A stretch of 64,000 bases of DNA from Candidatus Omnitrophota bacterium (GTDB lineage Bacteria; Omnitrophota; Gorgyraeia; Gygaellales; Profunditerraquicolaceae). The position numbers and the translations under genes are program-made. Shown piece by piece: positions 20,073-27,991 of the stretch (its first letter is position 1; the number at the start of each line of letters is the position of its first letter). The notes beneath the pieces were generated by a model. The model did not search any database and was not told the DNA's origin. It worked only from the letters and a program-made list of their open reading frames with translations. The DNA lies in contig JAUYBI010000015.1 in NCBI GenBank assembly GCA_030693145.1, positions 8,619 through 72,618 of the forward strand, in the 5' to 3' direction.

Positions 20073-21199
20073 AAAAGGCTACATTTAGTATACTTTGCCT
20101 GGAAGGAGCGGTTTTATCATTTAATGTGGCCGCTGCCGCAGCCCTGATCCCGTCAATTGCCGCGGATTTTGCTCTTTCTCAGTTTTTTGTGGGTAAGATA
20201 ATTTGGCTATATATGCTCCCCTATGGACTGGCGGCATTTCTTTATGGGCCGCTGGTGCGCGCTTTTGATGCGCGGAAAGTAGAGCTGGCCTGTATCTTCT
20301 TATTCTCCCTGGCTAATCTTCTGGCAGGTTTAGCTCCGGATATTCATACGCTTTTTGCAGCCAGGTTTCTCATGGGGATTTTTGGCGCCTCGGTAATTCC
20401 GCTGGGTTTAATTCTGATTGCTAAACATATCCGGCAGAATAAGCGCGGAGGCTATGTGGGAATATTTTTTGGCTGGACCTTTGTTGCTTCTTTACTGGGG
20501 TTATTTTTAAGCGGGTTAATTCCCTGGCGCTGGATATTTATAATTCCGGCAGTTTTAGGGCTGGTTCTGTGGGTTTTTATGTATTTTTATTTGCCTAGTT
20601 TTAAAGAAGGCCTGGGGGTTTTTCGTTTCGGGTATCTGGAAGCATTTAAAGATAAGAAAGTAGCGAGGATCTTTCTTTACATCTTTCTGATTAGTTTAAT
20701 TTATCATGGGGTGCAGCAGTGGCTGGGGGTTTATTTTTCTACGCAGCTTTTCTTAAACCAGTTTACGATTAGCATGATGATTACCTTAACCAGCTTGAGC
20801 GGAATATTCGGGGAATTTTGGGGAGGACATCTTGCGGATCAGCTAGGCAGGCCCAGAGTAGTAAGCCTGGGTATTATTGCCATGGTTCTGGGCATCCTTT
20901 TGCTTTTATTAAAATTGCCTTTAACCTTACTCGGCCTGGCGATGATCATTTGGGGCTTGGGTTGGACCTTTAATCATGTAGGCTTGGCGACGATGTTAAC
21001 GGACCTGCCGCCAGAATTCTTAAATGAAGCGGCTAGCTTAAATAGCGGAGTGCGTTTTATTGCCGGCGGGCTGGGGGTAAGTTTAGGCGGCCTGTTGATG
21101 CTTAAAAGTTTTAATTTTGGTTTTGTTATTTTTGGCAGCGCGCTGGTTTTGCTTTTATTTTCAGGCAGAGTGTTTAAATTTAAACAACCGGCAAATTGA
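20069..21199 (+). CDS. MFS transporter
   Basis: 376 aa. About 12 predicted TM helices with MFS-like loops (DQLGRPRV). The GTG start overlaps the upstream stop (GTGA). Confidence 0.75.
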   Translation: MKKATFSILCLEGAVLSFNVAAAAALIPSIAADFALSQFFVGKIIWLYMLPYGLAAFLYGPLVRAFDARKVELACIFLFSLANLLAGLAPDIHTLFAARFLMGIFGASVIPLGLILIAKHIRQNKRGGYVGIFFGWTFVASLLGLFLSGLIPWRWIFIIPAVLGLVLWVFMYFYLPSFKEGLGVFRFGYLEAFKDKKVARIFLYIFLISLIYHGVQQWLGVYFSTQLFLNQFTISMMITLTSLSGIFGEFWGGHLADQLGRPRVVSLGIIAMVLGILLLLLKLPLTLLGLAMIIWGLGWTFNHVGLATMLTDLPPEFLNEAASLNSGVRFIAGGLGVSLGGLLMLKSFNFGFVIFGSALVLLLFSGRVFKFKQPAN

Positions 21200-21239
21200 C
21201 CGGGGCCGTTGTAGAGAGAATTTCAAAGGAGGATTTATC

Positions 21240-22016
21240 ATGGGTACGGATTTAAAAGGACGTGTTGCTATCATTACCGGAGCCAGCCGCGGTATTGGCA
21301 AGGCCCTGGCTTGCACTGCGGCAAGCCTGGGAATAAATTTGGTGATCGGCGCCCGCGGCCAGGAAGCTTTAAATGAGGCCGCCGCAGAGATTGCCGGAAA
21401 ATTTAAAGTACAGGTTTTGCCGGTGGCTTGCGATGTGACCAAGCTGGAGGATTTGGAGAAGCTGGTTAAAAGCGCCAAGGAAAAGTTTGGCCAGATCGAT
21501 ATTCTGATCAATAATGCCGGAGTTTCCAGCCAGTATCCTTTTCAGGATCAGCCAATCGAAGATTTCGAAAGGTTGGCCCACACCAATTACCTGGGTTATG
21601 TCAGGCTTATCCGCCTGGTGATTAATGATATGATCAAGAATAAAAGCGGAGCGATTATTAATATGGTTTCCGGCTCGACTTTATGCGACCCGCTGCCTAG
21701 GAATTTTATCGTTTACAGTTCACTTAAGGTTGGCTTAAGGGCATTTTCTAAAGGATTATTTTGGGAACTGCGCGATCATGGGATCAAAGTGACTTCGATA
21801 TTGCCCGGAGTAACCGATACGGATTTAACCGGTAAATTACAGGAGATTACCGCGGATACCTCGCGTTTAATGACTACCGAAGCGATTGAGAATGCCGTGC
21901 GTTTTGCTTTGACTGTGCCGGCGAATGTCTGCCCTTTAGAGATCGCGGTGATTAACCAACAGACACCCTGGACTGCTCCGGTGATACCGTTTCAACAGCG
22001 GCATCCGGGAAAGTAA
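21240..22016 (+). CDS. Short-chain dehydrogenase/reductase (SDR, ketoreductase-like)
   Basis: GRVAIITGASRGIGKALA NAD(P)-binding motif and INNAG. The ATG at 21240 follows RBS aaggagg. The track start at 21117 overlaps the MFS gene. Confidence 0.8.
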   Translation: MGTDLKGRVAIITGASRGIGKALACTAASLGINLVIGARGQEALNEAAAEIAGKFKVQVLPVACDVTKLEDLEKLVKSAKEKFGQIDILINNAGVSSQYPFQDQPIEDFERLAHTNYLGYVRLIRLVINDMIKNKSGAIINMVSGSTLCDPLPRNFIVYSSLKVGLRAFSKGLFWELRDHGIKVTSILPGVTDTDLTGKLQEITADTSRLMTTEAIENAVRFALTVPANVCPLEIAVINQQTPWTAPVIPFQQRHPGK

Positions 22017-22025
22017 AAAGGAAAT

Positions 22026-22445
22026 ATGAATAATCAGGATATTAAGAATTTAAAGAAGCGTTATTTTATCTGGCTCTATAAAGCCGCCAAAGAAACCTTT
22101 GATAAATACGAGCGTAAGTTTACGCAAGTGGATATTGATAAGGATATCCTGGAAGAGATGGAGAAAGAGCTTTTAGGCTCCTATCTTCCTCATGAAAAAG
22201 ACGCCCTGCAAATGCAGATCAACGATTTTCAAAAATATATCGAGAATAAAGAAAAGTCTTGTTCAGAATTCAGGGATCAGCATAAAAAGATCAATCCGGA
22301 TTTTATTTTCTCAGAGATAAAACTGAATGCTATTGAGAAAGTAATTGTTAAGGGGTTAGGCAAAAGAGGCTTAGAGGAAATAAAATCCCTTTATGAAAAA
22401 GAAATGACTGAACGCATCTTAAAGAATACGGAGCTTTCCCGGTAA
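22026..22445 (+). CDS. Hypothetical helical protein
   Basis: 139-aa ORF inside the operon. Lys/Glu-rich with no recognisable motif. Confidence 0.4.
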   Translation: MNNQDIKNLKKRYFIWLYKAAKETFDKYERKFTQVDIDKDILEEMEKELLGSYLPHEKDALQMQINDFQKYIENKEKSCSEFRDQHKKINPDFIFSEIKLNAIEKVIVKGLGKRGLEEIKSLYEKEMTERILKNTELSR

Positions 22446-23356
22446 TGTTAATTGACGCGCATAGCCATTGGCTGCCGGAAGAAATAATTACTAATGCCCA
22501 TTTTTTTCATAAAGGATGGGGTGAGATTGAGGTGCAGCTTAAGGTTATGGATGAGGCAGGAATTGACCGGGCAGTCTTAAGTTATCCCACAACAGACGCG
22601 CATTTAAAGTTAGGCAGTATCAGCCAAGTAGCGCATATTTATAATGATAATGTTGCCAAGATTTTAAAAGCTTATCCGGAAAGATTTATCGGTGCGGCGG
22701 TTTTACCGGTAGATAATTCTTATGATATGCTGGAAGAGCTAAAGCGGGCAATCAATGAGTTAGGTTTTAAGGCAATTTCCCTTGCCTCAAGTTATAACGG
22801 TATATATTTGGATGACAAGATGTTTTTACCTATATATAAAGAAGCACAAGAAAAGGATATCCCGATCTTTGTGCATGCGCAAATTGTGAACCCGATAGGT
22901 TTTGAGCGGGTTAAGGATCCTCTGCTTACCCCGGTAGTGGAATATGTTTTTGATACTACGATTTCAATCGGCAAGCTTTTAATGTCGGATATTCTACGGC
23001 AGTATCCTAAGGTAAAATTTATTTTCGCCCATTTTGGCGGGGCAATCTGCTATCTAAAGCAGCGCTTTGACGCCACTTATCAGATGCTGCGGGAGATGAA
23101 CTTTGTTAAAGACTTACAGGGGCTTCCTTCAGATTATTTTAAGAATATCTACGTCGATACCAGCGGCGATACGACTAAGGCGAATTTCCTGCTTGCTCTT
23201 GAACTCATGGGCCCAGAACATATTTTGTGGGGCTCTGACTGGCCAGCTAAAAAAGATATGGCCAGTGGTATTAAAGCTGTCAATGATTTGGATATATCTG
23301 GAGAGGATAAACAAAATATCTTGGGTAGTAATTTAGAGAAGATATTCGCTCTTTAG
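22445..23356 (+). CDS. Amidohydrolase-2 family protein (ACMSD/decarboxylase/hydratase-like TIM-barrel metalloenzyme)
   Basis: MLIDAHSHWLPEE N-terminal metal-binding motif typical of Amidohydro_2. The start overlaps the upstream stop (TAATG). Confidence 0.65.
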   Translation: MLIDAHSHWLPEEIITNAHFFHKGWGEIEVQLKVMDEAGIDRAVLSYPTTDAHLKLGSISQVAHIYNDNVAKILKAYPERFIGAAVLPVDNSYDMLEELKRAINELGFKAISLASSYNGIYLDDKMFLPIYKEAQEKDIPIFVHAQIVNPIGFERVKDPLLTPVVEYVFDTTISIGKLLMSDILRQYPKVKFIFAHFGGAICYLKQRFDATYQMLREMNFVKDLQGLPSDYFKNIYVDTSGDTTKANFLLALELMGPEHILWGSDWPAKKDMASGIKAVNDLDISGEDKQNILGSNLEKIFAL

Positions 23357-23462
23357 CAATTTTTGCGGGTCCCCGCCACTAAATCGTTGGCGGGCAGGCT
23401 GTCTTGGGTATTTTCTAGCGCTGACGCGCGTCGAAAACACCCAAGCCACCCGCAAAATAGAC
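23357..23462. repeat. GC-rich palindromic element, family D (TTTTTGCGGGT..CTTGGGTATTTTC..GAAAACACCCAAG..ACCCGCAAAA) with an internal 26-bp hairpin insert. Left boundary of the AT-rich islet
   Basis: Near-reverse-complement of the 28745 element. About 65% GC in a ~42% GC background. Confidence 0.7.
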
Positions 23463-23528
23463 AAATTAATAGACTCTCAGAGTTAGTGAAAATAGAAACG
23501 GTCCCATTATTTTCTCAAGGAGGGGGCG

Positions 23529-24191
23529 ATGGAAAAAGAAACATTAGCGCTGATTCAGGTAATATCAGAGAATTCATCGTTCAAAGAATCTATTCTAAAA
23601 ACATTATTAGTAGCAATTTTAAGTGGTACAGCAGTATATTATGTTCCTAGATTGTTCAAGTTGATTAAACACCGCAGTAAACCGATTCTAACTTATCATT
23701 TTAATGGAGATACTTATTTAGAGTTAGATAAAATAAGACATTCTTTTGGGAAGAAAACGGTGGATAAGGGTGCGTCTAATGGTAAAGCGTGGGAACATAC
23801 AACGGATCAGATAGATGGAGGAGCAACTACCTGTTATGGGCCATACACCAAAGAGATACCTTTTCGAGGGAAATATAAAGCAAGATTTCGAATAAAACTC
23901 TGCGGAATAAAAGACAATAATTCCCATATTATAACTTTAGATGTTGCTTATGGGAAGTTAAGTGCAGATGAAACTAAGATGCAATTAGGGTTGCTTAAAA
24001 CCGAGAGACACTTGAGAACTGCAGATTTTATTGATGGTAAATATAAAGATTTTGATGTCGAATTCGAATACGACGGAGAATCATTGGTAGAATTTAGATG
24101 TTCAGTGCTTAGTCCTTTTAATTTTACAAATAGAGTTAGCCGAATATTTTTTGATAATGTAAAAGTATTTTTGGTATCAGAATTAATTTAG
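23529..24191 (+). CDS. Hypothetical single-TM protein, AT-rich, function unknown
   Basis: 220 aa. N-terminal TM helix (LLVAILSGTAVYYV) and a soluble domain with no recognisable motif. Flanked by degenerate inverted half-copies of the GGACGGTTCT hairpin family. RBS aaggaggg. Confidence 0.5.
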   Translation: MEKETLALIQVISENSSFKESILKTLLVAILSGTAVYYVPRLFKLIKHRSKPILTYHFNGDTYLELDKIRHSFGKKTVDKGASNGKAWEHTTDQIDGGATTCYGPYTKEIPFRGKYKARFRIKLCGIKDNNSHIITLDVAYGKLSADETKMQLGLLKTERHLRTADFIDGKYKDFDVEFEYDGESLVEFRCSVLSPFNFTNRVSRIFFDNVKVFLVSELI

Positions 24192-24205
24192 TTTCTGTAA
24201 TAAAA

Positions 24206-24856
24206 GTGACCGTTTCTATTTTTTTCAAGGAGATTTTAAAAGAAATGACCAAATATGAAAAATGCGATCTTATAATTGCTGCTGTAGCTGCTTTTTTTAC
24301 AACTACGGCTATAATCTGGGTTTTATTTAAAGAAACAATACTGGCTCGCTGGAGAGCGCCAAAATTACAAAGTCTTATTAATATGGATATGCCTTATGTA
24401 ACAAAACAAGGGAGAACTTATTATTATCATTTAGGGATTAAGAATATTGGTAGGGCGACTGCTCAAAATTGTCGTGGTTATGTCGACAGAATTTATGAAT
24501 ATAATAATGGACAATATGAAAGAATAAAGAATTTTATGCCTATGCCGTTATATTGGGCTAGAGAAGAGAAGTCAGCCACATTCATTGGGCCAGACCAGGA
24601 GAAATTCCTGGATTTGGGTACTATTGACACAGATTGTTCATATGCTGTAGGTAAGCGCCCATTTGTATTATGGTTTAGAGAATATAGTGATACCAGCCGG
24701 CTTTTCCTGGGTAGATATAAGATTAGGATTATTTTATATTCCGAAAATACAGAAAGTTTACCTGTAGAATTATATATTAGTTGGAGTGGTCAGGCTAAAG
24801 AAGAATATATGGATATGCTGAAAGAATTAATAATAAGTAAAGAATTAATAAAATAA
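24206..24856 (+). CDS. Hypothetical single-TM protein, AT-rich, function unknown
   Basis: 216 aa. N-terminal TM helix (LIIAAVAAFFTTTAIIWVLF) and a soluble domain rich in Tyr/Arg. No recognisable motif. Confidence 0.5.
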   Translation: MTVSIFFKEILKEMTKYEKCDLIIAAVAAFFTTTAIIWVLFKETILARWRAPKLQSLINMDMPYVTKQGRTYYYHLGIKNIGRATAQNCRGYVDRIYEYNNGQYERIKNFMPMPLYWAREEKSATFIGPDQEKFLDLGTIDTDCSYAVGKRPFVLWFREYSDTSRLFLGRYKIRIILYSENTESLPVELYISWSGQAKEEYMDMLKELIISKELIK

Positions 24857-24865
24857 GGTAGGGAT

Positions 24866-24955
24866 ATATTTTAGCGGGTGACACGGAGGCGGGTCCCCTG
24901 CCGCGCGCAACGCAAGTGAGCACGGTAGGGTGCCGCAGTGGCAGGACGCGCGTAA
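24866..24955. repeat. GC-rich structured element (TTTTAGCGGGTG...CGCGCG) directly upstream of crcB
   Basis: About 70% GC with multiple complementary GC-rich blocks. It does not fit the fluoride riboswitch consensus by eye. Confidence 0.55.
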
Positions 24956-24960
24956 GTATT

Positions 24961-25335
24961 ATGATGAAATTATTGAACTTGATTATTGGGGGAGCGGTAG
25001 GGACAGTTGCCAGGTATTTTTTAGCCGGCGTTGTTTACAGGTTTATGGGTGCTGGGTTCCCTTATGGTACATTAATTGTAAATATCAGCGGCTGTTTTAT
25101 CCTGGGTTTTTTAGCTGCTTTATCGGATAAGAAATTTATTCTTGGGCCGGATGCGCGCCTATTGTTGATGATTGGTTTTTGCGGGGCTTTTACCACATTC
25201 TCAACCTTGATCTTTGAGTCTGATAGCTTAGTTAGAAATGGCCAGGCAATCCGTGCTTTTACTAATATCTTTGCCAGCGTAATTTTAGGCTTTATATTAT
25301 TTAGAGTAGGCAGTTTATTAGGAGAGATAATATGA
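24961..25335 (+). CDS. crcB: Fluoride ion channel CrcB/FluC
   Basis: 124 aa from the ATG at 24961 (MMKLLNLIIGGAVGTVARY..., GFCGAFTTFSTL). Four TM helices typical of the Fluc family. The upstream part of the track ORF translates a GC-rich structured element. Confidence 0.8.
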   Translation: MMKLLNLIIGGAVGTVARYFLAGVVYRFMGAGFPYGTLIVNISGCFILGFLAALSDKKFILGPDARLLLMIGFCGAFTTFSTLIFESDSLVRNGQAIRAFTNIFASVILGFILFRVGSLLGEII

Positions 25336-25661
25336 AAATTCCCGCGGATGGAAAACTTTTGCGTATTTTTATTGGTGAAGCAGACAAATGGAATGGCAAG
25401 CCACTTTATGAAGAGATTGTGTTTTTAGCCAAGAAAAACGGTTTAGCTGGAGCAACGGCAATTAAAGGGTTTATGGGGTTTGGCTGTAAAAGCCATATGC
25501 ATACGGCTAATTTACTGCGGCTTTCCGAGGACCTGCCGGTGGTTATTGAAATCGTGGATAGCGAAGAAAAAATCAATCAATTTATTCCCCAACTGGATAG
25601 CATGGTTAAGGAAGGATTGGTTACTCTTGAAAAGGCAAACGTGATTATGTACCGGGCTTAA
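25332..25661 (+). CDS. DUF190-family small protein (commonly paired with crcB)
   Basis: 109 aa. LLRIFIGEADKWNGKPLYE ... GATAIKGFMGFG resembles DUF190. Start overlaps the crcB stop (ATGA). Confidence 0.6.
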   Translation: MKIPADGKLLRIFIGEADKWNGKPLYEEIVFLAKKNGLAGATAIKGFMGFGCKSHMHTANLLRLSEDLPVVIEIVDSEEKINQFIPQLDSMVKEGLVTLEKANVIMYRA

Positions 25662-25744
25662 TTTAAGAAAAAACGAGCGGGAAGATATGAGCTTGACAAT
25701 GTTCTCAGATATGATACAATTGTTCTCAAAGGGAGAACAGTAAG

Positions 25745-26323
25745 ATGCTCAGTGCGTTAATATCGTCTGGCTCGCGAAGAAAAATCCTGACTCAATTTTT
25801 GTCTCATCCGGATGAGAAATACTATGTCCGGCAGTTAGCGGTTATTCTTGGAGTATCAGTGGGAACAATTCATCGTGAGCTTATTCGGCTGCAGGGCAGC
25901 GGTATATTAAATTCGGATAACGTAGGTAATTTAAGGTTTTTCCGCGTAAATAAAGCGTCGCCGGTTTTTAAAGAATTAAAACAGATTATCTTTAAAACCG
26001 AGGGTGTCCAGGGCAGGCTTAAAGCAAAGTTAAAAGACCTAAAAGGGCTTAAAACCAGCTTTATTTATGGATCATTTGCCAAGAGAGAAGAAAACGCGCA
26101 TAGCGATATTGATCTTTTTCTCTTAGGTGATATTTCCGAAGATGAGTTAATTCAAAGAATAAGTGCTTTGGAGGGAGAGTTTGACAGGGAAATAAATTTT
26201 ACAATTTATACGGTTTCTGATTTTAAGAAAGAGATGAAAAGAGGTGGCTCTTTTCTAAGAGATGTAATTAAGAACCCGAAGATTTTTTTGGTTGGTAGTA
26301 TGGATGTGTTGAATGGATTATAA
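25745..26323 (+). CDS. Winged-HTH plus minimal nucleotidyltransferase (MNT) protein
   Basis: N-terminal ArsR-like HTH (YVRQLAVILGVSVGTIHRELIRL). NTase motif GSFAKREENAHSDIDLFLLGD (GS..DxD). Confidence 0.65.
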   Translation: MLSALISSGSRRKILTQFLSHPDEKYYVRQLAVILGVSVGTIHRELIRLQGSGILNSDNVGNLRFFRVNKASPVFKELKQIIFKTEGVQGRLKAKLKDLKGLKTSFIYGSFAKREENAHSDIDLFLLGDISEDELIQRISALEGEFDREINFTIYTVSDFKKEMKRGGSFLRDVIKNPKIFLVGSMDVLNGL

Positions 26324-26780
26324 TAAATTTATTGAAGATTATTTATCCCGTGGTTTAATTAAAAAACAGCCTGTTGGTTTTGATCAGATAAATAGTTTTA
26401 TAACACAATCAAAGCAGGAATTAAAAGATTGTAATAATATATTGGATATAAGCGCGAAAATCGCCTATTCATCGGCGTATACGGCAATGCTTTACGCGGC
26501 GCGGGCGTTGATGTTACTTGCCGGGTATCGGCCGGCGGGAGTTAATCAGCATAAGACAGTAATTGAATTTGTTGGCGTATGCGCGGGGGATGAATATAGA
26601 GATTTGATTAAGAAGTTTGACGTGATGCGTAAGAAAAGAAATTTACTTATGTATGAACCTTGGGAGGTTAATGTGTCTCCTGCCGATTCTAGAAATGCGG
26701 TAAATACTGCCGCGGAGTTTATCGAGTTTATCATAGTTAAGATTAAGAAAGATAATCCGCAGGATGAATTTGAGTTTTAG
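26313..26780 (+). CDS. HEPN-domain protein (partner of the upstream MNT)
   Basis: 155 aa, overlapping the MNT gene by 11 nt. HEPN-like helical region AKIAYSSAYTAMLYAARALMLLAGYRP. Confidence 0.6.
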   Translation: MDYNKFIEDYLSRGLIKKQPVGFDQINSFITQSKQELKDCNNILDISAKIAYSSAYTAMLYAARALMLLAGYRPAGVNQHKTVIEFVGVCAGDEYRDLIKKFDVMRKKRNLLMYEPWEVNVSPADSRNAVNTAAEFIEFIIVKIKKDNPQDEFEF

Positions 26781-26892
26781 CTTTTCGTAAATAAAAGTTT
26801 ATTTAGAAGTAATGGGGTCAGAATTATTTGTTGACGGAAAAATGAGAGTGGGTAGTAGGTACTAGAGATAATTAACAGAAAGGTAAAATAAG

Positions 26893-27058
26893 ATGCAAAT
26901 GCAAAAAACGTTCATTTAACTGGAAAAGATCTGACGGAGATGGTGCAGCTTCGGAGGCAGGATGTGGGCAAGTACGCGATTGTGCCTGGGCCGCGCGACC
27001 GTTTGGATGTATTAATGAAAAAAATTGAGAATCCGGTGCGTAATTTTTCATTTATGAA
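26893..27058 (+). pseudogene. Degenerate 5' fragment (about 56 codons, frameshifted) duplicating the start of the phosphorylase gene at 27992
   Basis: About 90% nucleotide identity to 27992-28157 (agatgcaaatgcaaaa...taatttttcatttatg). A 1-nt deletion near codon 5 breaks the frame. It ends at a half copy of the GGGGACGGTTCT hairpin. Confidence 0.6.
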
Positions 27059-27078
27059 ATAAAGGGGACGGTTCTATT

Positions 27079-27165
27079 TAGCGGGTGGCGAGGCTTGGAC
27101 TCGAGCAGCATCTCAAAAATTCGAGCGGGCACGGTCCCGCCAAGACTCTTGGCGGGGAGCGAGAA
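27079..27165. repeat. GC-rich structured element (TTTAGCGGGTGGCGAGGCTTGG...CCAAGACTCTTGGCGGGGAGCG) upstream of the Phd/Doc module
   Basis: Complementary arms are read directly. It directly follows a half HpB repeat. Confidence 0.55.
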
Positions 27166-27199
27166 TTAGATAAAATATTTCGTTTGACTGAAGATATTT

Positions 27200-27262
27200 T
27201 TATGTTAACCTAATGGTGTATGGTTAACATATGTTAACTAAGATAACATTGGTTAACAAGAG
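27200..27262. promoter_or_regulatory. Four GTTAAC-centred half-sites forming two inverted repeats, a candidate operator for the HTH antitoxin, directly upstream of the Phd/Doc module
   Basis: GTTAAC at 27204, 27223, 27233 and 27252. The central pair forms the perfect 16-bp palindrome GTTAACATATGTTAAC. Confidence 0.5.
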
Positions 27263-27267
27263 GAGAT

Positions 27268-27534
27268 ATGATGCAAAGTAAAGAGAATGAATATGTTACG
27301 ATACCTGAATTGGCAAAGATACTTGGTTTAAGCAGGATCGCTGTTTTTAAAAAGGTAAAGAAAGGCGAGATTAAGGCCATTAAGATAGGAAAAACCTACG
27401 GAATTTCCAGAAAGCACGTAGAAAGCCTATTAGGGAAGGTTTTGGGCGAAGATGAGAAGAAAGAAATTGACCTGGCGGTAAAAAGAACTGTTAGCGAATA
27501 CGGCCAAACATTGAAGCTTTTGGGTAAAGATTAG
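27268..27534 (+). CDS. HTH DNA-binding protein (excisionase/MerR-like HTH), putative antitoxin partner of Doc
   Basis: 88 aa. VTIPELAKILGLSRIAVFKKVKKGEIKAIKIG helix-turn-helix. Its stop overlaps the doc start. Confidence 0.55.
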   Translation: MMQSKENEYVTIPELAKILGLSRIAVFKKVKKGEIKAIKIGKTYGISRKHVESLLGKVLGEDEKKEIDLAVKRTVSEYGQTLKLLGKD

Positions 27535-27956
27535 TGAAGAAACTCACGGTTAAAGAAGTTGAATATATTGCTTTTAAGTTAGCGCAGGAGTTGTTATCTT
27601 TTAAGGAGCCGATACCCGATTTTGCTACGCGTTATCCCAATATTTTGGAGAGTTGTCTGGCGACGCCATTCCAATCTTTTGGCGGGAAGTCAGGTTACCC
27701 CTCATTTATTGATAAGGCGAGCATTCTGTTTTATCTATTGATTAAAAATCACCCTTTTCAAAATGGTAATAAGAGAGTTGCCATGACAACGCTGTTGGTA
27801 TTTTTGCATAAAAATAAAAAATGGCTTAAAGCTGACACACAGGAATTCTATAATTTTACAATGTGGATAGCCCAAAGCTCGGCAAAATATAAAGAAGAAA
27901 CAATAAAAGCAATTCAGAAGTTTTTAAAAGCAAGCATAGTTGAGTTAATAACGTAA
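27534..27956 (+). CDS. doc: Doc (death-on-curing) toxin, Fic fold
   Basis: 140 aa. HPFQNGNKRVAMTTLLVFL carries the Fic/Doc motif HxFx(D/N)GNKR. Confidence 0.8.
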   Translation: MKKLTVKEVEYIAFKLAQELLSFKEPIPDFATRYPNILESCLATPFQSFGGKSGYPSFIDKASILFYLLIKNHPFQNGNKRVAMTTLLVFLHKNKKWLKADTQEFYNFTMWIAQSSAKYKEETIKAIQKFLKASIVELIT

Positions 27957-27991
27957 GCGAATTAATTAACTATTAAAAGGGAGAATAAAAG

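Noticed and set aside
23363-23650. 95-aa plus-strand ORF
   Set aside because: It translates the GC-rich family D element and runs out of frame into the real gene at 23529.
24866-24955. Fluoride (crcB-motif) riboswitch call
   Set aside because: The position is right, but I cannot find the conserved GGNGAUG / CUGAUG pseudoknot core. It is kept as an unclassified structured element.
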